Assembly: GCA_963715985.1 (NCBI GenBank)
Contig: CAVQSP010000014.1
Location: forward strand, 448,001 to 512,000
Direction: 5' to 3'
Length of the DNA stretch: 64,000 nt
DNA from: an uncultured Thermoleophilia bacterium
Lineage (GTDB): Bacteria; Actinomycetota; Thermoleophilia; UBA2241
The position numbers and the translations under genes are program-made. Position 1 is the first letter of the stretch, and the number at the start of each line of letters is the position of its first letter. The notes beneath the pieces are model-generated. The model ran no database searches. It saw nothing but the letters and a program-made list of their open reading frames with translations, and was not told the DNA's origin. Below, piece by piece: positions 43,641-55,095 of the stretch.

Positions 43641-44917
43641 TGAGTGCTGATGAGGGACGCTCCGGCGGCGACGGAGACGGACGGCCGTTCGCGTCCGTCG
43701 CCGACGCGCTCGACGACCTGCGCGAGGGCAAGATGGTCATCGTCTGCGACGACGAGGACCGCGAGAACGAGGGCGACCTCACGATGGCCGCGCAGTTCGC
43801 CAGTGCCGAACGCATCAACTTCATGGCCAAGGAGGGCCGCGGCCTGGTGTGCCTCACGCTCACGCCTCAGCGCTGCGCGGAGCTCAATCTGCCGCCCATG
43901 ACGGTCAAGAACGAGGCGCGCCTGCAGACGGCGTTCACGGTGTCGATCGAGGCGCGCGAGGGCGTCACCACCGGCATCTCCGCCGCGGACCGAGCGCACA
44001 CCATCCAGGTGGCCATCGACCCTGAGTCCAGGGCCAGCGACCTCGTACAGCCCGGCCACGTGTTCCCGCTGATGGCGCGTCCCGGAGGCGTGCTCGAGCG
44101 CGCGGGGCAGACCGAGGCCGGCGTGGACCTCGCGCGGCTCGCCGGCCTGTACCCGGCGGCCGTCATCTGCGAGATCATGAACGACGACGGCACCATGGCG
44201 CGCGTGCCGGACCTCGTCCCCTACGCGCACGCGCACGGCCTCAAGATCATCACCGTGGCCGACCTGATCAAGTACCGGCGGCGGAACGAGAAGCTCGTCC
44301 GCCGTGCCGCCACCGTGTCCATGCCCACGAAATACGGCGAGTTCAGGGCCGTGGGCTACGAATCCGTCATCGACGGCGGCCACCACGTGGCGTTGGTCAA
44401 AGGCGACGTGGCCGGGCGCCGGGACGTGCTCGTCAGGGTGCATTCGGAGTGCCTCACCGGGGACACGTTCGGCTCGCTGCGCTGCGACTGCGGCGAGCAG
44501 CTCGCAGAGGCGCTGCGGCGCATCGAGGACGAGGGCCTCGGCGTCGTGTTGTACATGCGCCAGGAGGGCCGCGGCATCGGCCTCCTCAACAAGCTCAAGG
44601 CCTACGCGCTCCAGGAGCAGGGGTACGACACGGTGGAGGCCAACGAGGAGCTCGGCTTCGCACCCGACCTGCGGGACTACGGCATCGGCGCGCAGATCCT
44701 CGCCGACCTCGGGCTGTCCACCATCCGCATCATGACCAACAACCCCAAGAAGATCGTGGCGCTCGAGGGCTACGGCCTGCGCGTCACCGGCCGCGAGCAC
44801 ATCGAGGTCGCACCTCAGGACGACAACGTCTCGTACCTGCGCGCCAAGAAGGACAAGATGGGCCACCTGCTCGAGCACGAGGACCTGTTCGCGCAGGAGG
44901 AGGGGGTGGAGGGCTGA
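43640..44917 (+). CDS. ribBA: DHBP synthase / GTP cyclohydrolase II
   Basis: [38 protein letters not shown]. Confidence 0.97.
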   Translation: MSADEGRSGGDGDGRPFASVADALDDLREGKMVIVCDDEDRENEGDLTMAAQFASAERINFMAKEGRGLVCLTLTPQRCAELNLPPMTVKNEARLQTAFTVSIEAREGVTTGISAADRAHTIQVAIDPESRASDLVQPGHVFPLMARPGGVLERAGQTEAGVDLARLAGLYPAAVICEIMNDDGTMARVPDLVPYAHAHGLKIITVADLIKYRRRNEKLVRRAATVSMPTKYGEFRAVGYESVIDGGHHVALVKGDVAGRRDVLVRVHSECLTGDTFGSLRCDCGEQLAEALRRIEDEGLGVVLYMRQEGRGIGLLNKLKAYALQEQGYDTVEANEELGFAPDLRDYGIGAQILADLGLSTIRIMTNNPKKIVALEGYGLRVTGREHIEVAPQDDNVSYLRAKKDKMGHLLEHEDLFAQEEGVEG

Positions 44918-44966
44918 GGCGCTGCGCTGCCGCCCTCCCCGACGACCAAAGCAAAGGAGCCGCACC

Positions 44967-45431
44967 ATGACGACCTACGAAGGCATGCTCAACGGCACGG
45001 GGATGAAGTTCGCCCTCGTCGTCGGCCGCTTCAACGAACTCATCTCCACGCGCCTGTACGAGGGCGCCTTGGACTGCCTGCGGCGGCACGACGTCGCCGA
45101 CGGCGACGTGGACACCGCCTGGGTGCCCGGCGCCTTCGAGATGCCGCTGGTGGCCAAGCGCCTCGCGGCCAGCGGCAAGTACGACGCCGTGGTGTGTCTC
45201 GGGGCCGTGATCCGCGGCGGCACGCCGCACTTCGACTACGTCGCCGGCGAGGCCGCCAAGGGCATCGCCAAAGTGAGCCTGGACACCGGCGTACCGGTGG
45301 TCTTCGGCGTGCTCACCACCGACACGATCGAGCAGGCCGTGGAGCGCGCCGGCACCAAGGCCGGCAACAAGGGCTGGTCGGCGGCCGCCACGGCGCTCGA
45401 GATGGCGAGCCTCGGGCGTACGCTGCCCTGA
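44967..45431 (+). CDS. ribH: Lumazine synthase
   Basis: RFN, VPGAFE, GAVIRG.TPHFDY, NKG. Confidence 0.97.
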   Translation: MTTYEGMLNGTGMKFALVVGRFNELISTRLYEGALDCLRRHDVADGDVDTAWVPGAFEMPLVAKRLAASGKYDAVVCLGAVIRGGTPHFDYVAGEAAKGIAKVSLDTGVPVVFGVLTTDTIEQAVERAGTKAGNKGWSAAATALEMASLGRTLP

Positions 45432-45603
45432 TTCCTCCGCGCGGTGGAGGCGGGACGGAGCCACGAGCTCTCGCGGCGCCGGGCGCCACGGGTGCCGGGG
45501 GCCGAGCCACTTGCGGTGTGCGCCGGGACGGGGCAGACTGCGCGGGTGCGCCGTCGTGTGATCCTCTGGATCTGAAGAACGCGAGAGAGGCAGGAGGCCC
45601 CCT

Positions 45604-46158
45604 GTGGCAGGCACCACGGAGTCGGGCGGCACGACCCGACTGACCGTCAACGGACGCCCGTACAGCTTCGTCCTCGGCCACGATCTGTCCGCCTCGGCGA
45701 CGCTGGCTGAGGTCCTGCGCGATCGCCTCGGCCTCACCGGGCTCAAGGTCGCCTGCGACGAGGGCGCCTGCGGCGCCTGCACCGTGATCGTGGACGGGCG
45801 CGCCGTGCTCTCCTGCATGACGCTGGCGGTCGAGGCCGCCGGCCGCGAGATCCTCACCGTCGAAGGGCTCGCCGACGACGACCCGGTCGTGCAGGCCTTC
45901 GCCTGCCAGTGCGAGCCCGGGCATGGCACCGCGCTACAGTGCGGGTTCTGCACCCCCGGCGCCGTGATGACCGCCAAGGCCTTTCTGAACGAGAACCCGG
46001 CGCCGACGCTGGACGAGGTCCGCGAAGCGCTGGCGGGCAACCTCTGCCGCTGCGGCTGCTATCAGGGCATCGCCCGGGCCGTGCTGAACGCCGCCGCGAC
46101 GCTGCGCGAGCGGCGCGGCCAAGCCCAGCCGGTCGCGGCAGGGAGGGCGGAGGCGTGA
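45604..46158 (+). CDS. Xdh-family (2Fe-2S)-binding small subunit
   Basis: CDEGACGAC...SC and QCGFCTPG...GNLCRC. Confidence 0.93.
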   Translation: MAGTTESGGTTRLTVNGRPYSFVLGHDLSASATLAEVLRDRLGLTGLKVACDEGACGACTVIVDGRAVLSCMTLAVEAAGREILTVEGLADDDPVVQAFACQCEPGHGTALQCGFCTPGAVMTAKAFLNENPAPTLDEVREALAGNLCRCGCYQGIARAVLNAAATLRERRGQAQPVAAGRAEA

Positions 46159-48679
46159 ACAGCCACCGTAGGGACGCTATCGAGGGGGGCGCCGAAGGCG
46201 CACCCCTCCGCGCCTTCACGCCACGAGAGCCACGGCGCTTCATCGGCACGTATCGCCCGCGCATCGACGCGCTCGAGAAGGCCAGCGGCCGCGCCGAGTA
46301 CCTCGACGACATCGCCCTCGGCGTCAAGCTGCCGGGCATGCTGCACGCCAAGGTGCTGCGCAGCCCGTACCCGCACGCTCGCATCCTCAGCATCGGCACG
46401 GCGAGGGCCGAGGCGCTCCCCGGCGTCCACTGCGTGCTCACGTACGCGGATCCCGGAGGTCGCGGCGCTCAAGCCCACCACCAACGCCTGGACCAGCATG
46501 AACACCGCCGGTTACAAGCAGATGTACTGGCCCAGCCTGCGCGACCGACGCGTGCTGAGCGACCACGTCACCTGGGTCGGCGACGAGGCCGGCGCCGTGG
46601 TCGCCGCCGAGACGGAGGAGATCGCCGAGGAGGCGCTGCGCCTGCTCGAGGTGGAGTGGGAGGAGCTGGCGTTCGCGCTGCGGCCGCCGCAGGCGCTGGC
46701 CGCGGACGCCCCGCTCATCCACCCGGAGGTCAATCCGTCCAGCAACCTCTTCCCGGTGGCGGAGGACACGCAGGAGGACGTCTTCTACGAGCGCGGCGAC
46801 GTCGGGCAGGGCTTCGCCGCCGCCGACGTGGTCGTGGAGGTCACGTCGCGCCACCACCGCGCCGACCACGGCTGCCTGGACACCCGCGGCTGCCTGGTGC
46901 GCTGGGAGGGCGGCAAGCTCACCTGCTGGACCAACCTGTACCAGGCCGACCAGACGCGCATGCACATCGCCGAGATGCTCGACCTGCCGCTGAACAAGGT
47001 CCGCGTCATCTGCCCCTACCTCGGCGGCTCGTTCGGGCGCGGCAATGTAGGCGACCAGATCTTCTTCATCTTCACCGCCATCCTCGCCCGCCGCACCGGC
47101 CGCCCCGTGCGCTTCAAGCACACGCGCCGCGAGGACTTCCACGACACGCGCAACTCGGTCGAGTACTGGCTGCGCGTCGGTGCCACGCGGGACGGGCGCA
47201 TGACGGCCCTGGAGACGCACGCCCTGGGCGACAGCGGCGCCTACGCCGAGCACACGCACGCGGCCGTCAAGATGGTGCTCGAGCTCGACGCCCTCGAGGT
47301 CCTGCTGCCGCGCATCCCGGCGGTACGCCTGAAGGGCCACTCCGTGTACACGAACAGCATCCCCGGCGGCTGCATGCGCGGCATCGGCAACATCCAGTTC
47401 AACATGGCGATGGGTCTGGCCGTGGACGAGCTCGGCCGAGAGGCTGGGCATGGACCCCATCGAGGTGGCGGTGCGCAACTTCAGCCACGAATGGGAGGAG
47501 ACGCCCAACCGCAGCCTGCAGGCGGTGTTGGCGGCCGGGGCGGAGCGCATCGGCTGGGAGCGTCGCGGCGCCCCCGGCGCCGGTGAGCCCGGGCCGGACG
47601 GCAGGCTCCGCGGCCTGGGGTTCTCGTTCCACCACGCCTGGCACGCCGCCTGGCAGGAGGAGGCGCGCGGTCGCGTCCAGGTGGGCGTCACGCTCAATCC
47701 GGACGGCTCCGTGGTCCTGGACGCGCCGCAGGCGGAGACCGGCACGGGCTCCAACACCTGCGCCGTGCTGGCCTGCGCCGAGTCCATGGCGTCCCTCGGT
47801 GTCACTCCGGACGACGTGGAGTGGGTGCGGAACACCGACACCGAGACCGGCCTCAAGGACATGGTCCAGACCGACAGCGCCGTAGCGTACCTCCACGCCG
47901 AGGTGATGGACCTCGCCGTGGCCGACATCCGCGCGCAGCTCTGCCGCACGGCGGCCGCGATGCTGAAGGTGGAGGTGGATGCGGTGGACATCCGCGACGG
48001 GCTCGTTCTCGTCGGCGGCGCGGAGAGCGGCGCCACCGTGCACGACGTTCTGCAGGCGCCGGACATGCTGCCCTTGCGGGCGACGGCCACGGAGATGCCC
48101 CCGCTGGCCAAGACCGGCGCCCCCTACCTGGCGTCCTTCGTGGAGGTGGCCGTGGACACCGAGACCGGCAAGGTCGACGTGGAGCGCCTCGTCATCGTCC
48201 ACGACGCCGGCACGGTGATGTATCCGCCGGGCGCCGAGGCGCAGCAGATCGGCGCCCAGGTGCAGTCCGTGGGGGAGGCCCTGTACGAGGAGATCGTCTA
48301 CGACGAGGCCACCGGCCGGCCTCTCACCTTCGATTGGATCGGTTACACGATGCCCACCATGCTCGACATGCCCACCGTGGAACCCGTCCTGCTCGAGGTG
48401 TGGAAGGGCGCCGGCGAGTACGGGGCCTGCGGCGTCGGCGAGTCCGCCATCACCTGCACGCCGCGCGCCATCCTCAACGCCGTCTACAACGCCACCGGCG
48501 CGCGCATCAACGAGATCCCCGCCAAGCCGGAGAAGGTGCTCGAGGCCCTGGCGCGGCTGCGTGACGGCCGGCCCGGCCTCGACGAAGAGCTGACCGCCGA
48601 GGTCCGGCGCCGCCTGGACAGGGCCACGAGCTTGAGCGCCGCCGGCACCCGCTCTGCCGACCAGGAGGTGGCGCCGTGA
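46155..48679 (+). CDS. Xdh-family molybdopterin-binding large subunit (frameshifts near 46453 and 47438)
   Basis: LRSPYPHARI, GGSFG, MRGIG, VAVDTETGKV, HDAG, GVGE. Confidence 0.9.
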
Positions 48680-51106
48680 CCTTCTCGCATCACAGCGCCG
48701 ACACCGTGGCGCGGGCCGTGGAGCTGCTGGCCGAGTCCGGGGCCGGCGGCCGCGTCGTGGCCGGCGGTACCGACCTTCTCGGCCTCATCAAGGACCGCGT
48801 GCATCCGGAGGAGCCCTCCGCGCTGGTCGACCTCAAGAGGGTCCCCGGCCTCGATCACATCGAGGAGCGCGACGGCGGGCTCGCCCTCGGCAGCCTGGCG
48901 CGGCTCAGCGACCTCGAGCGGGACCCGCTGGTCCGTGAGCGCTTCCCGGCCCTGGCGGAGGCGGCGCACGCCGTCGCTTCACCGCAGCTTCGCAACATGG
49001 GCACGGTGGGCGGCAACATCTGCCAGGAGCCGCGCTGCTGGTACTACCGTGCCCCCGAGGACACGTTCCACTGTACGCGCAAGGGCGGCAGGTACTGCAA
49101 CGCCTTCACCGGCGACAGCCGCTACCACTCCGTCGCCGGGTCCATGACGGTGCACACGCGTCCGTGCACGGCCGCCTGCCCCGGGGATGTGGAGATCCCC
49201 GAGTACATGGAGCTTCTCCGCGCCGGCGACGTCGACGCGGCTGCCCGGCGCCTGCTGGCGCGCAACGCCTTCCCGGCCGTGACGGGACGGGTGTGCCCGC
49301 ACACCTGCGAGGACGAGTGCAACCGCGGGCTCTTCGACGACGCGGTCTCGGTGCGCGAGGTGGAGCGGTATCTCGGCGACCACGTGCTCGACCATCCCGA
49401 GCTGCTCGGCGCGCCGGCGCCGTCCACCGGCCGCAGGGTGGCCGTGGTCGGGTCCGGCCCCGCCGGCCTCGCGGCCGCGTACCACCTGCGGCTGCGCGGC
49501 CACGGCGTCACCGTGTTCGAGCGCGCCGACGAGCTGGGGGGGATGCTGCGGTACGGCATCCCCGAGTACAGGCTGCCGCGCACCGTGCTCGACCGCACCG
49601 TGGGTCTGGTGGAGGGCCTCGGCGTCGAGTTCCGCACCTGCATGTCGCTGGGCGAGACGCTGGACCTCGGCGCGCTGCAGGCTGAGTTCGACCGCGTGGT
49701 CATCGCCACCGGGGCGTGGGCCCTGCCGCGCATCGGTCTTCAAGGGGAAGAAGAGCTCGGCGCGGGGCTCGCCTTCCTCAGGGCCGTGGCTCAGGGCGAG
49801 CGCCGTGTCCCCGGCCCTCGCGTCCTCGTCATCGGCGGCGGCAGCGTGGCGATGGACGTGGCCGTCAGCGCACGCCGCCTCGGCGCCGAGCAGGTCACCG
49901 TGGCCTGCCTCGAGACGTGCGAGGAGATGCCGGCCCTGCTCGAGGAGGTGGAGGATGCTCTGGCCGAGGGCATCGAGCTCGTCCCTTCGTGCGGTCCGGC
50001 GCGCGTCCTGCGCAGCGGCGACGCGATCACCGGGATGGAGCTGGTGCGCTGCACCTCGGTCTTCGACGAGAACGCCTGCTTCTCACCGGCGTTCGACGAC
50101 AGCAGCCGCGAGACCGTGATGGCCGACGAGGTGATCCTCGCCGTCGGCCAGCGCGTGGACGCGGCCGCCCTCGAGGCCGCCGGCCTGCCGCTGGAGGGCG
50201 GCCGTCTGGCCGCCGACCCGGTGACCCAGCGCACGGCGGTGGAGGGCGTGTTCGCCGGCGGCGACGTGTCCACGGGCCCGGCCACGGTCATCGCCGCCAT
50301 GGGAGCCGGCCGCCGCGCCGCCGCGGCCATCCACGCAGGAGCTCGCAGCCCCGGACCCGGTCGGGGCCGAGGGGCCGGCGTCGGCGACCGCAGGCGGACC
50401 GGCCTTGCAGGCGTTCGACCCCGCCTGTGTCGCACACTCGGCGCGCTGTGGTGCGGCCTCTGGCAGGCCGGCGGACCGCACGCTGTGCGACGAGGACTTC
50501 TGCACGATCGACGCGCCCTCGGTGGCGAGCGAAGCCTCGCGCTGCTTCAACTGCGGCTGCGTCGCGGTGGTCCCGTCGGATCTCGCCCCGGTGCTCGTGG
50601 CGCTCGACGCCACCGTCGTCACCACCACCCGCGAGATCCCCGCGGGCGCCTTCTTCGCGGCCGTCGAGGGCGGCTCTACTGTGCTCGAGCCCACCGAGCT
50701 CGTGCTCGAGGTCGTGCTGCCGCCGGACGCGGCCGCGCGCCGCTGCGCCTTCCGCAAGTTCCGCCTGCGCAATGCCATCGACTTCCCGATCGTCTCGGCG
50801 GCGGTGTCGTTCCGGGTCGAGCACGGGTCGATCGAGGATCCCCGCGTGGTCCTCGGGGCCGCCGCCCCCGTGCCGTTGCGTGCGGCCGCCGTCGAGGCGG
50901 CCCTGGCGGGACATGCGCTCGAGGACGTGGGCTCGCGCGCGTTCGGCCGTCACCTCACGGAGCGCGTCCTCGAGGGCTCCGTCACACTGCCGCACAGCGC
51001 GTACAAGGCGCAGATCGCGGCGGCGCTGGTGGTGCGCGCGGTCCGCCGGGCGGCAGGTCTGCCCGAGCAGTCACGGGAGGACTCGGCGCGAGGTCAGGAG
51101 CTGTGA
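48676..51106 (+). CDS. Xdh-family FAD subunit with inserted GltD-like FeS-flavoprotein module (frameshift near 50340-50400)
   Basis: AGGTDL, QLRNMGTVGGN, PRCWYYR; insert with PC...CP, GRVCPH.CE..C.R, GSGPAG, GGG.VA.D, GGD; then PSDLAP.L, R.AIDFPI. Confidence 0.85.
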
Positions 51107-52179
51107 GCAGCTCGCGCGAGGACGCAGGCGTCGGTCGCGATGCGGCCCAGGATCGCTCGCCGGTCCGGGTGGTGACCGTGGGCATCGGTGAGATGGGCAA
51201 GAAACTCTGCCTGACGCTGCTCGAGAGGGAGGGCATCGAGATCGTCGCGGCCTGCGACAGCGACCCCGGCATCGCCGGCAGGGACCTCGGCGACGTGATC
51301 GGTCTGGGCCGGACGCTGGGCATCACCGTCCGCGCAGGCGTGGACGAGGTGTTCCGGGGCGTGAAGGCGGACATCGCCCTCTTCAGCACCGTCACCGATC
51401 TGGAGGAGCTCACCCCACAGATCCTCGCCGCCCTGGACGCCGGGTGCGACGTCATCTCCACCTCTGAGCCGCTCTCCTACTCCTGGCGGACGTCGCCCGA
51501 CCACACGGCAGCGCTGGACGCCGCCGCGAAGGCGCGGGGGCTCACTGTGCTCGGTACCGGGATCTGCCCGGGGTTCCTGCCCGACGTGGTGCCGATCGTG
51601 GCCACCCTGGGCAGCCGCCGCATCGACCACATCGACATCAAGATCTTCGGCGACGTGTTCCCCTACGGCCCGAGCGTGTGGAAGGGCATGGGGCTCGGCC
51701 TCACCGAAGAGGAGTACGGCCGCCGGCTCGGGAACGAGGTCGACATCGAGTTCGCCGAGCCGGTCGACCAGGTAGCGGCCGCCATCGGCATGCGCCTCGA
51801 TGAGGTCCGTGAGGCGAGCCGGCCGTTGCTGGCGCCTCACGACATCCGCGTGGGGGCGCTCGAGGTGGGGCGGGGGAGGGTGTGCGGCTTCGTGCAGACG
51901 ACCTCCGGCTACGTCGGGGAGCGGGAGGTCATCCGCCTCACGGTCGAGGGCCCCCTCTGCTGCGACCTGCCGCCCTTCACGGTCGAGGTCAAGGTCACGG
52001 GCAAGCCCAACGTCAAGCTGCGCCTGGAGCTGGAGCACGAGGACGGCTGGTCGACGAGCACGGTCGTGGCGAACATGGTCCCCCGCGTGCTCGAAGCCCG
52101 TCCCGGCGTCGTCGCCATGAAGGACCTGAAGCTGGCCGGCGCCGTCGACGGGGACGTGCGGGCCTTTCTCGCGGACTAG
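51103..52179 (+). CDS. NAD(P)-dependent amine dehydrogenase / 2,4-diaminopentanoate dehydrogenase-like (DapB-like N-terminus)
   Basis: GIGEMG Rossmann motif, VISTSE, LGTGICPGF..D, N..P.V..A.PG. Confidence 0.75.
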   Translation: MSSSREDAGVGRDAAQDRSPVRVVTVGIGEMGKKLCLTLLEREGIEIVAACDSDPGIAGRDLGDVIGLGRTLGITVRAGVDEVFRGVKADIALFSTVTDLEELTPQILAALDAGCDVISTSEPLSYSWRTSPDHTAALDAAAKARGLTVLGTGICPGFLPDVVPIVATLGSRRIDHIDIKIFGDVFPYGPSVWKGMGLGLTEEEYGRRLGNEVDIEFAEPVDQVAAAIGMRLDEVREASRPLLAPHDIRVGALEVGRGRVCGFVQTTSGYVGEREVIRLTVEGPLCCDLPPFTVEVKVTGKPNVKLRLELEHEDGWSTSTVVANMVPRVLEARPGVVAMKDLKLAGAVDGDVRAFLAD

Positions 52180-52230
52180 CGGCAGGACTCCCGCAGGCCG
52201 GATGCAGCGGGCCCCTGAAGGCGGCGGGTG

Positions 52231-52292
52231 TTGAATAGCGCGCGCCAACGTCTCATAATGCACGCGTCTTGGGGTGGTATGTCCATATCACT
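52231..52292 (+). promoter_or_regulatory. AOR promoter plus putative operator
   Basis: TTGAAT-N17-CATAAT (52231-52259) followed by TGGTATGTCCATATCACT (52275-52292). Confidence 0.65.
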
Positions 52293-52365
52293 CCGTGGTC
52301 AGCTCCGGGCGGCGGGTGGCGAGCGTGGGCGACGCTCCGCGCCCCGGGAAAGGATGTGAGCGACC

Positions 52366-54081
52366 GTGACCGACCTCCTCAACGTCGACCTGACGCACGG
52401 CAGCGTGGCGAGGGAACCCCTCGGCGTGGACCTTGAACCCCTCGGCGGCCACGGCCTCACGTCGGCCATCGTCGCCAGAGACGTCCCTGCGGACGCGGAC
52501 CCCCTTGGGCCCGGCAACGTCCTCGCGATCGCGGCCGGCATCTTCGCCGGCACGTCCGTGCCCAACGGCGGCAGGCTGTCCGTCGGCGGCAAGAGCCCGC
52601 TCACGGGCGGCATCAAGGAGGCCAACTCGGGCGGCTCGGCGGCGCGCGCGCTCGCGGGCCTGGGCCTGCGCGGCATCAGGATCGCCGGCCGCGCCGACGG
52701 TCTCAGCGTGCTCGAGGTGAACGCGGACGGCGGTAGGCTTGTGCCGGCGCCCGAGCTCGCGGGGCTCGGCTCCTATGCGACCGTCGACATGCTGCGCGAG
52801 AAGTACGGCGACAAGGTCTCGTTCATCTGCATCGGCCCCGCCGGTGAGCTGCAGATGAAGGCGGCGGCCGTCATCGTCACAACGGCCGACCACTACCTGC
52901 GCGCGGCTGCCCGTGGCGGCCTCGGCGCGGTGATGGGTTCCAAGAACCTCAAGGCCATCGTCATCGACGGCGCCGGCGGCGCCGGCGTCGCGGTCGCCGA
53001 CCCCGCGGCACTCAAAGACGCCTCAAGGGCGCTCAGCAAGGGCATCCTCTCCCACCCGGCCATGGCCGCCCTGGAGGCGCTGGGCTCGGCTTTCCTCGTC
53101 AACCTCACCCAGTCCATGGGCTGCCTCGCCACCAGGAACTTCTCCGCCGGGCAGTACGAGAACGCCCAGCAGATCACGGGCGAGCACATGGTCGAGATCA
53201 TGAACGCGCGGCCCAACGGGCGATGCCGAAGCACAGCTGCATGAGGGGCTGCATCATCAACTGCTCGCAGGTGTACACCGACGAGGACGGCGAGGTGATC
53301 ACCTCCGGCCTCGAGTTCGAGACCATCGGCCTGGTCGGCTCCAACTGCGAGCATCGACGACCTCGACGAGATCGCCCGCATCGACCGCATGTGCGACGAC
53401 CTCGGGCTGGACACCATGGACGTGGGCGCCGCGATGGGCGTCGCCATGGAGGGGGGTCTCCTGGACTGGGGCGACGGCCCCGCCGCGCTCGAGATGCTGG
53501 GCAAGCTGACGGCCGGCGACGAGAACGCCAGGCTGCTGGCGAACGGCTGCGCCGCTACGGGCAAAGCTCTGGGCGTGGCACGCATCCCCGCCGTCAAGGG
53601 TCAAGCCTTCGCCGCCTACGACCCGCGCGTGCTCAAGGGCACGGGCTCCACCTACGCCACGAGCCCGCAGGGCGCCGACCACACCGCCGGTAACGCGCTG
53701 CCGAGCCCGGCGAATCCCATGTACGACCCGGCGTCGGCGGAGGGCCAGGCGCAGATCTCCGAGTTCCTGCAGTGCTACTTCGCCGCCATCGACTCGCTGG
53801 GCATGTGCCTGTTCGCCACGCTGCCGGCGCTCGACATCCCGGAGCTGCAGGGCCTCATGGTGGCCGCCGCCGCCGCCGTCACCGGCGAGCAACTGCCGGA
53901 CGACTACCTCATCAAGATGGGCGACCGCATCGTCCGCGAGGAGCGCGACTTCAATCGCCGCGCCGGTTTCACTGCGGCCGACGACCGGCTGCCGGCGTTC
54001 TGTGTGGAGGAGCCGGTGCTGCCGTCGGGCAACCGCTACGACGTGGCGGAGTCCGACCTCGACGCGATGTTCGCGAGCTGA
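52366..54081 (+). CDS. Aldehyde:ferredoxin oxidoreductase family tungstoenzyme (frameshifts near 53220 and 53352)
   Basis: KSPLTGGIKEANSGG, IGPAGE, RGGLGAVMGSKNLKAI, C..C.I.C, EFET, CDDLGLDT, GADH, DDRLP. Confidence 0.9.
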
Positions 54082-54104
54082 CCCCGGCAGACGAGGGGAG
54101 GGAC

Positions 54105-54947
54105 ATGGCGGCAGAGACACGATCCGGGGATGGGAAGAAGCGGCCGGCTGCGAACGGGGCGGACGCCGGCGAGGCCTTCATCGTTCGCGCCCTGGCCAAG
54201 GGCCTCGCCATGCTCGGCCTCTTCGACGCGGTGCATCGCGAGTGGACGCTCGACGAGATGGTGGCCGAGCTCAAGCTGCCCCGCATGACCGGCTATCGCA
54301 TGGCGCGCACGCTCCAGAGCGCCGGGTACCTGGTCACCGACGCGGCCAGCGGGAGGTACCGGCTGGGACCCGCCATGCTCGCCGCGACCTACCTGTCCGA
54401 AGGCTACGCCGAGCTGGTCGCCATCGCACGGCCGTACCTCGAGTCGCTGGTGGAGCAGACCGGGGAATCGGCCACGCTGGCCGTGGATGTGGACGGCGTG
54501 GCCGTGTGCGTGGACATGGTCGACTCGTCACGGCCGCACAAGCGGGAGGTCGCCGTGGGCCGCGTCATCGGCGACACCGCCAACGCGCACGGCAAGATGT
54601 TCGTCGCCTCCCGGCCGGACGACGAGCGCGCGCGCATCATCGCCATGCCGCACGCGCGGCTCACGCCGCGGACCATCACGGACCCGGCCGAGCTCGAGGC
54701 CGAGCTGCGGCGAGCCAGGGAGGAGGGCGTCGCCTTCGACCTTGAGGAGCGCAACCTCGGGACCTGCGCCGTGGCCGCCCCCGTGCGCGACCAGATGGGG
54801 CGCGTGATCGGCAGCGTGGGCCTCGTCGTGCCCACCGGGCGCTTCGGGCTGGAGGAGCAGGCGGCGTGTGTGGACGCGGTCAAGGCCACCGCCGCCGCAC
54901 TCTCGGGCTTCCTGGGCTATGCGGAGGCCGAACCCTCGGCCGAGTAG
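54105..54947 (+). CDS. IclR family transcriptional regulator
   Basis: N-terminal HTH (LP..T.YR...TL), Y.LG, TGES, A.GK, T..T.TD, CAVAAPV. Confidence 0.92.
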   Translation: MAAETRSGDGKKRPAANGADAGEAFIVRALAKGLAMLGLFDAVHREWTLDEMVAELKLPRMTGYRMARTLQSAGYLVTDAASGRYRLGPAMLAATYLSEGYAELVAIARPYLESLVEQTGESATLAVDVDGVAVCVDMVDSSRPHKREVAVGRVIGDTANAHGKMFVASRPDDERARIIAMPHARLTPRTITDPAELEAELRRAREEGVAFDLEERNLGTCAVAAPVRDQMGRVIGSVGLVVPTGRFGLEEQAACVDAVKATAAALSGFLGYAEAEPSAE

Positions 54948-54971
54948 CGCTCGCCTCATCACGAGCACTAC

Positions 54972-54998
54972 CTGCGCCCGGCCCTTCGCCGGGCGCAG
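54972..54998 (+). terminator. 11-bp GC stem-loop after iclR
   Basis: CTGCGCCCGGC-ccttc-GCCGGGCGCAG. Confidence 0.5.
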
Positions 54999-55017
54999 TG
55001 CCGTGCGGGGCCGGCAC

Positions 55018-55075
55018 TTGAATCGCGCTGCCCGATACCTTACGGTAGGATGCGTAAAGTGATATGTGAATACCA
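55018..55075 (+). promoter_or_regulatory. Promoter plus putative operator of the beta-oxidation-like operon
   Basis: TTGAAT-N17-TACGGT (55018-55046); AGTGATATGTGAATACCA (55058-55075) is an inverted copy of the 52275 motif. Confidence 0.6.
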
Positions 55076-55095
55076 TTGATGAGAGGGCGTGCCGC

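Noticed and set aside
45556-45576. TGTGATCCTCTGGATC upstream of the Xdh genes as a CRP/FNR site
   Set aside because: Only one half-site matches, and the 5-bp inverted repeat is compatible with chance.
48676-52179. 1167-aa ORF suggesting an FAD subunit fused to the amine dehydrogenase
   Set aside because: The middle segment (about 50340-51100) is off-frame nonsense. The real flavoprotein C-terminus is in another frame ending at 51106, and the dehydrogenase has its own RBS and GTG at 51103.
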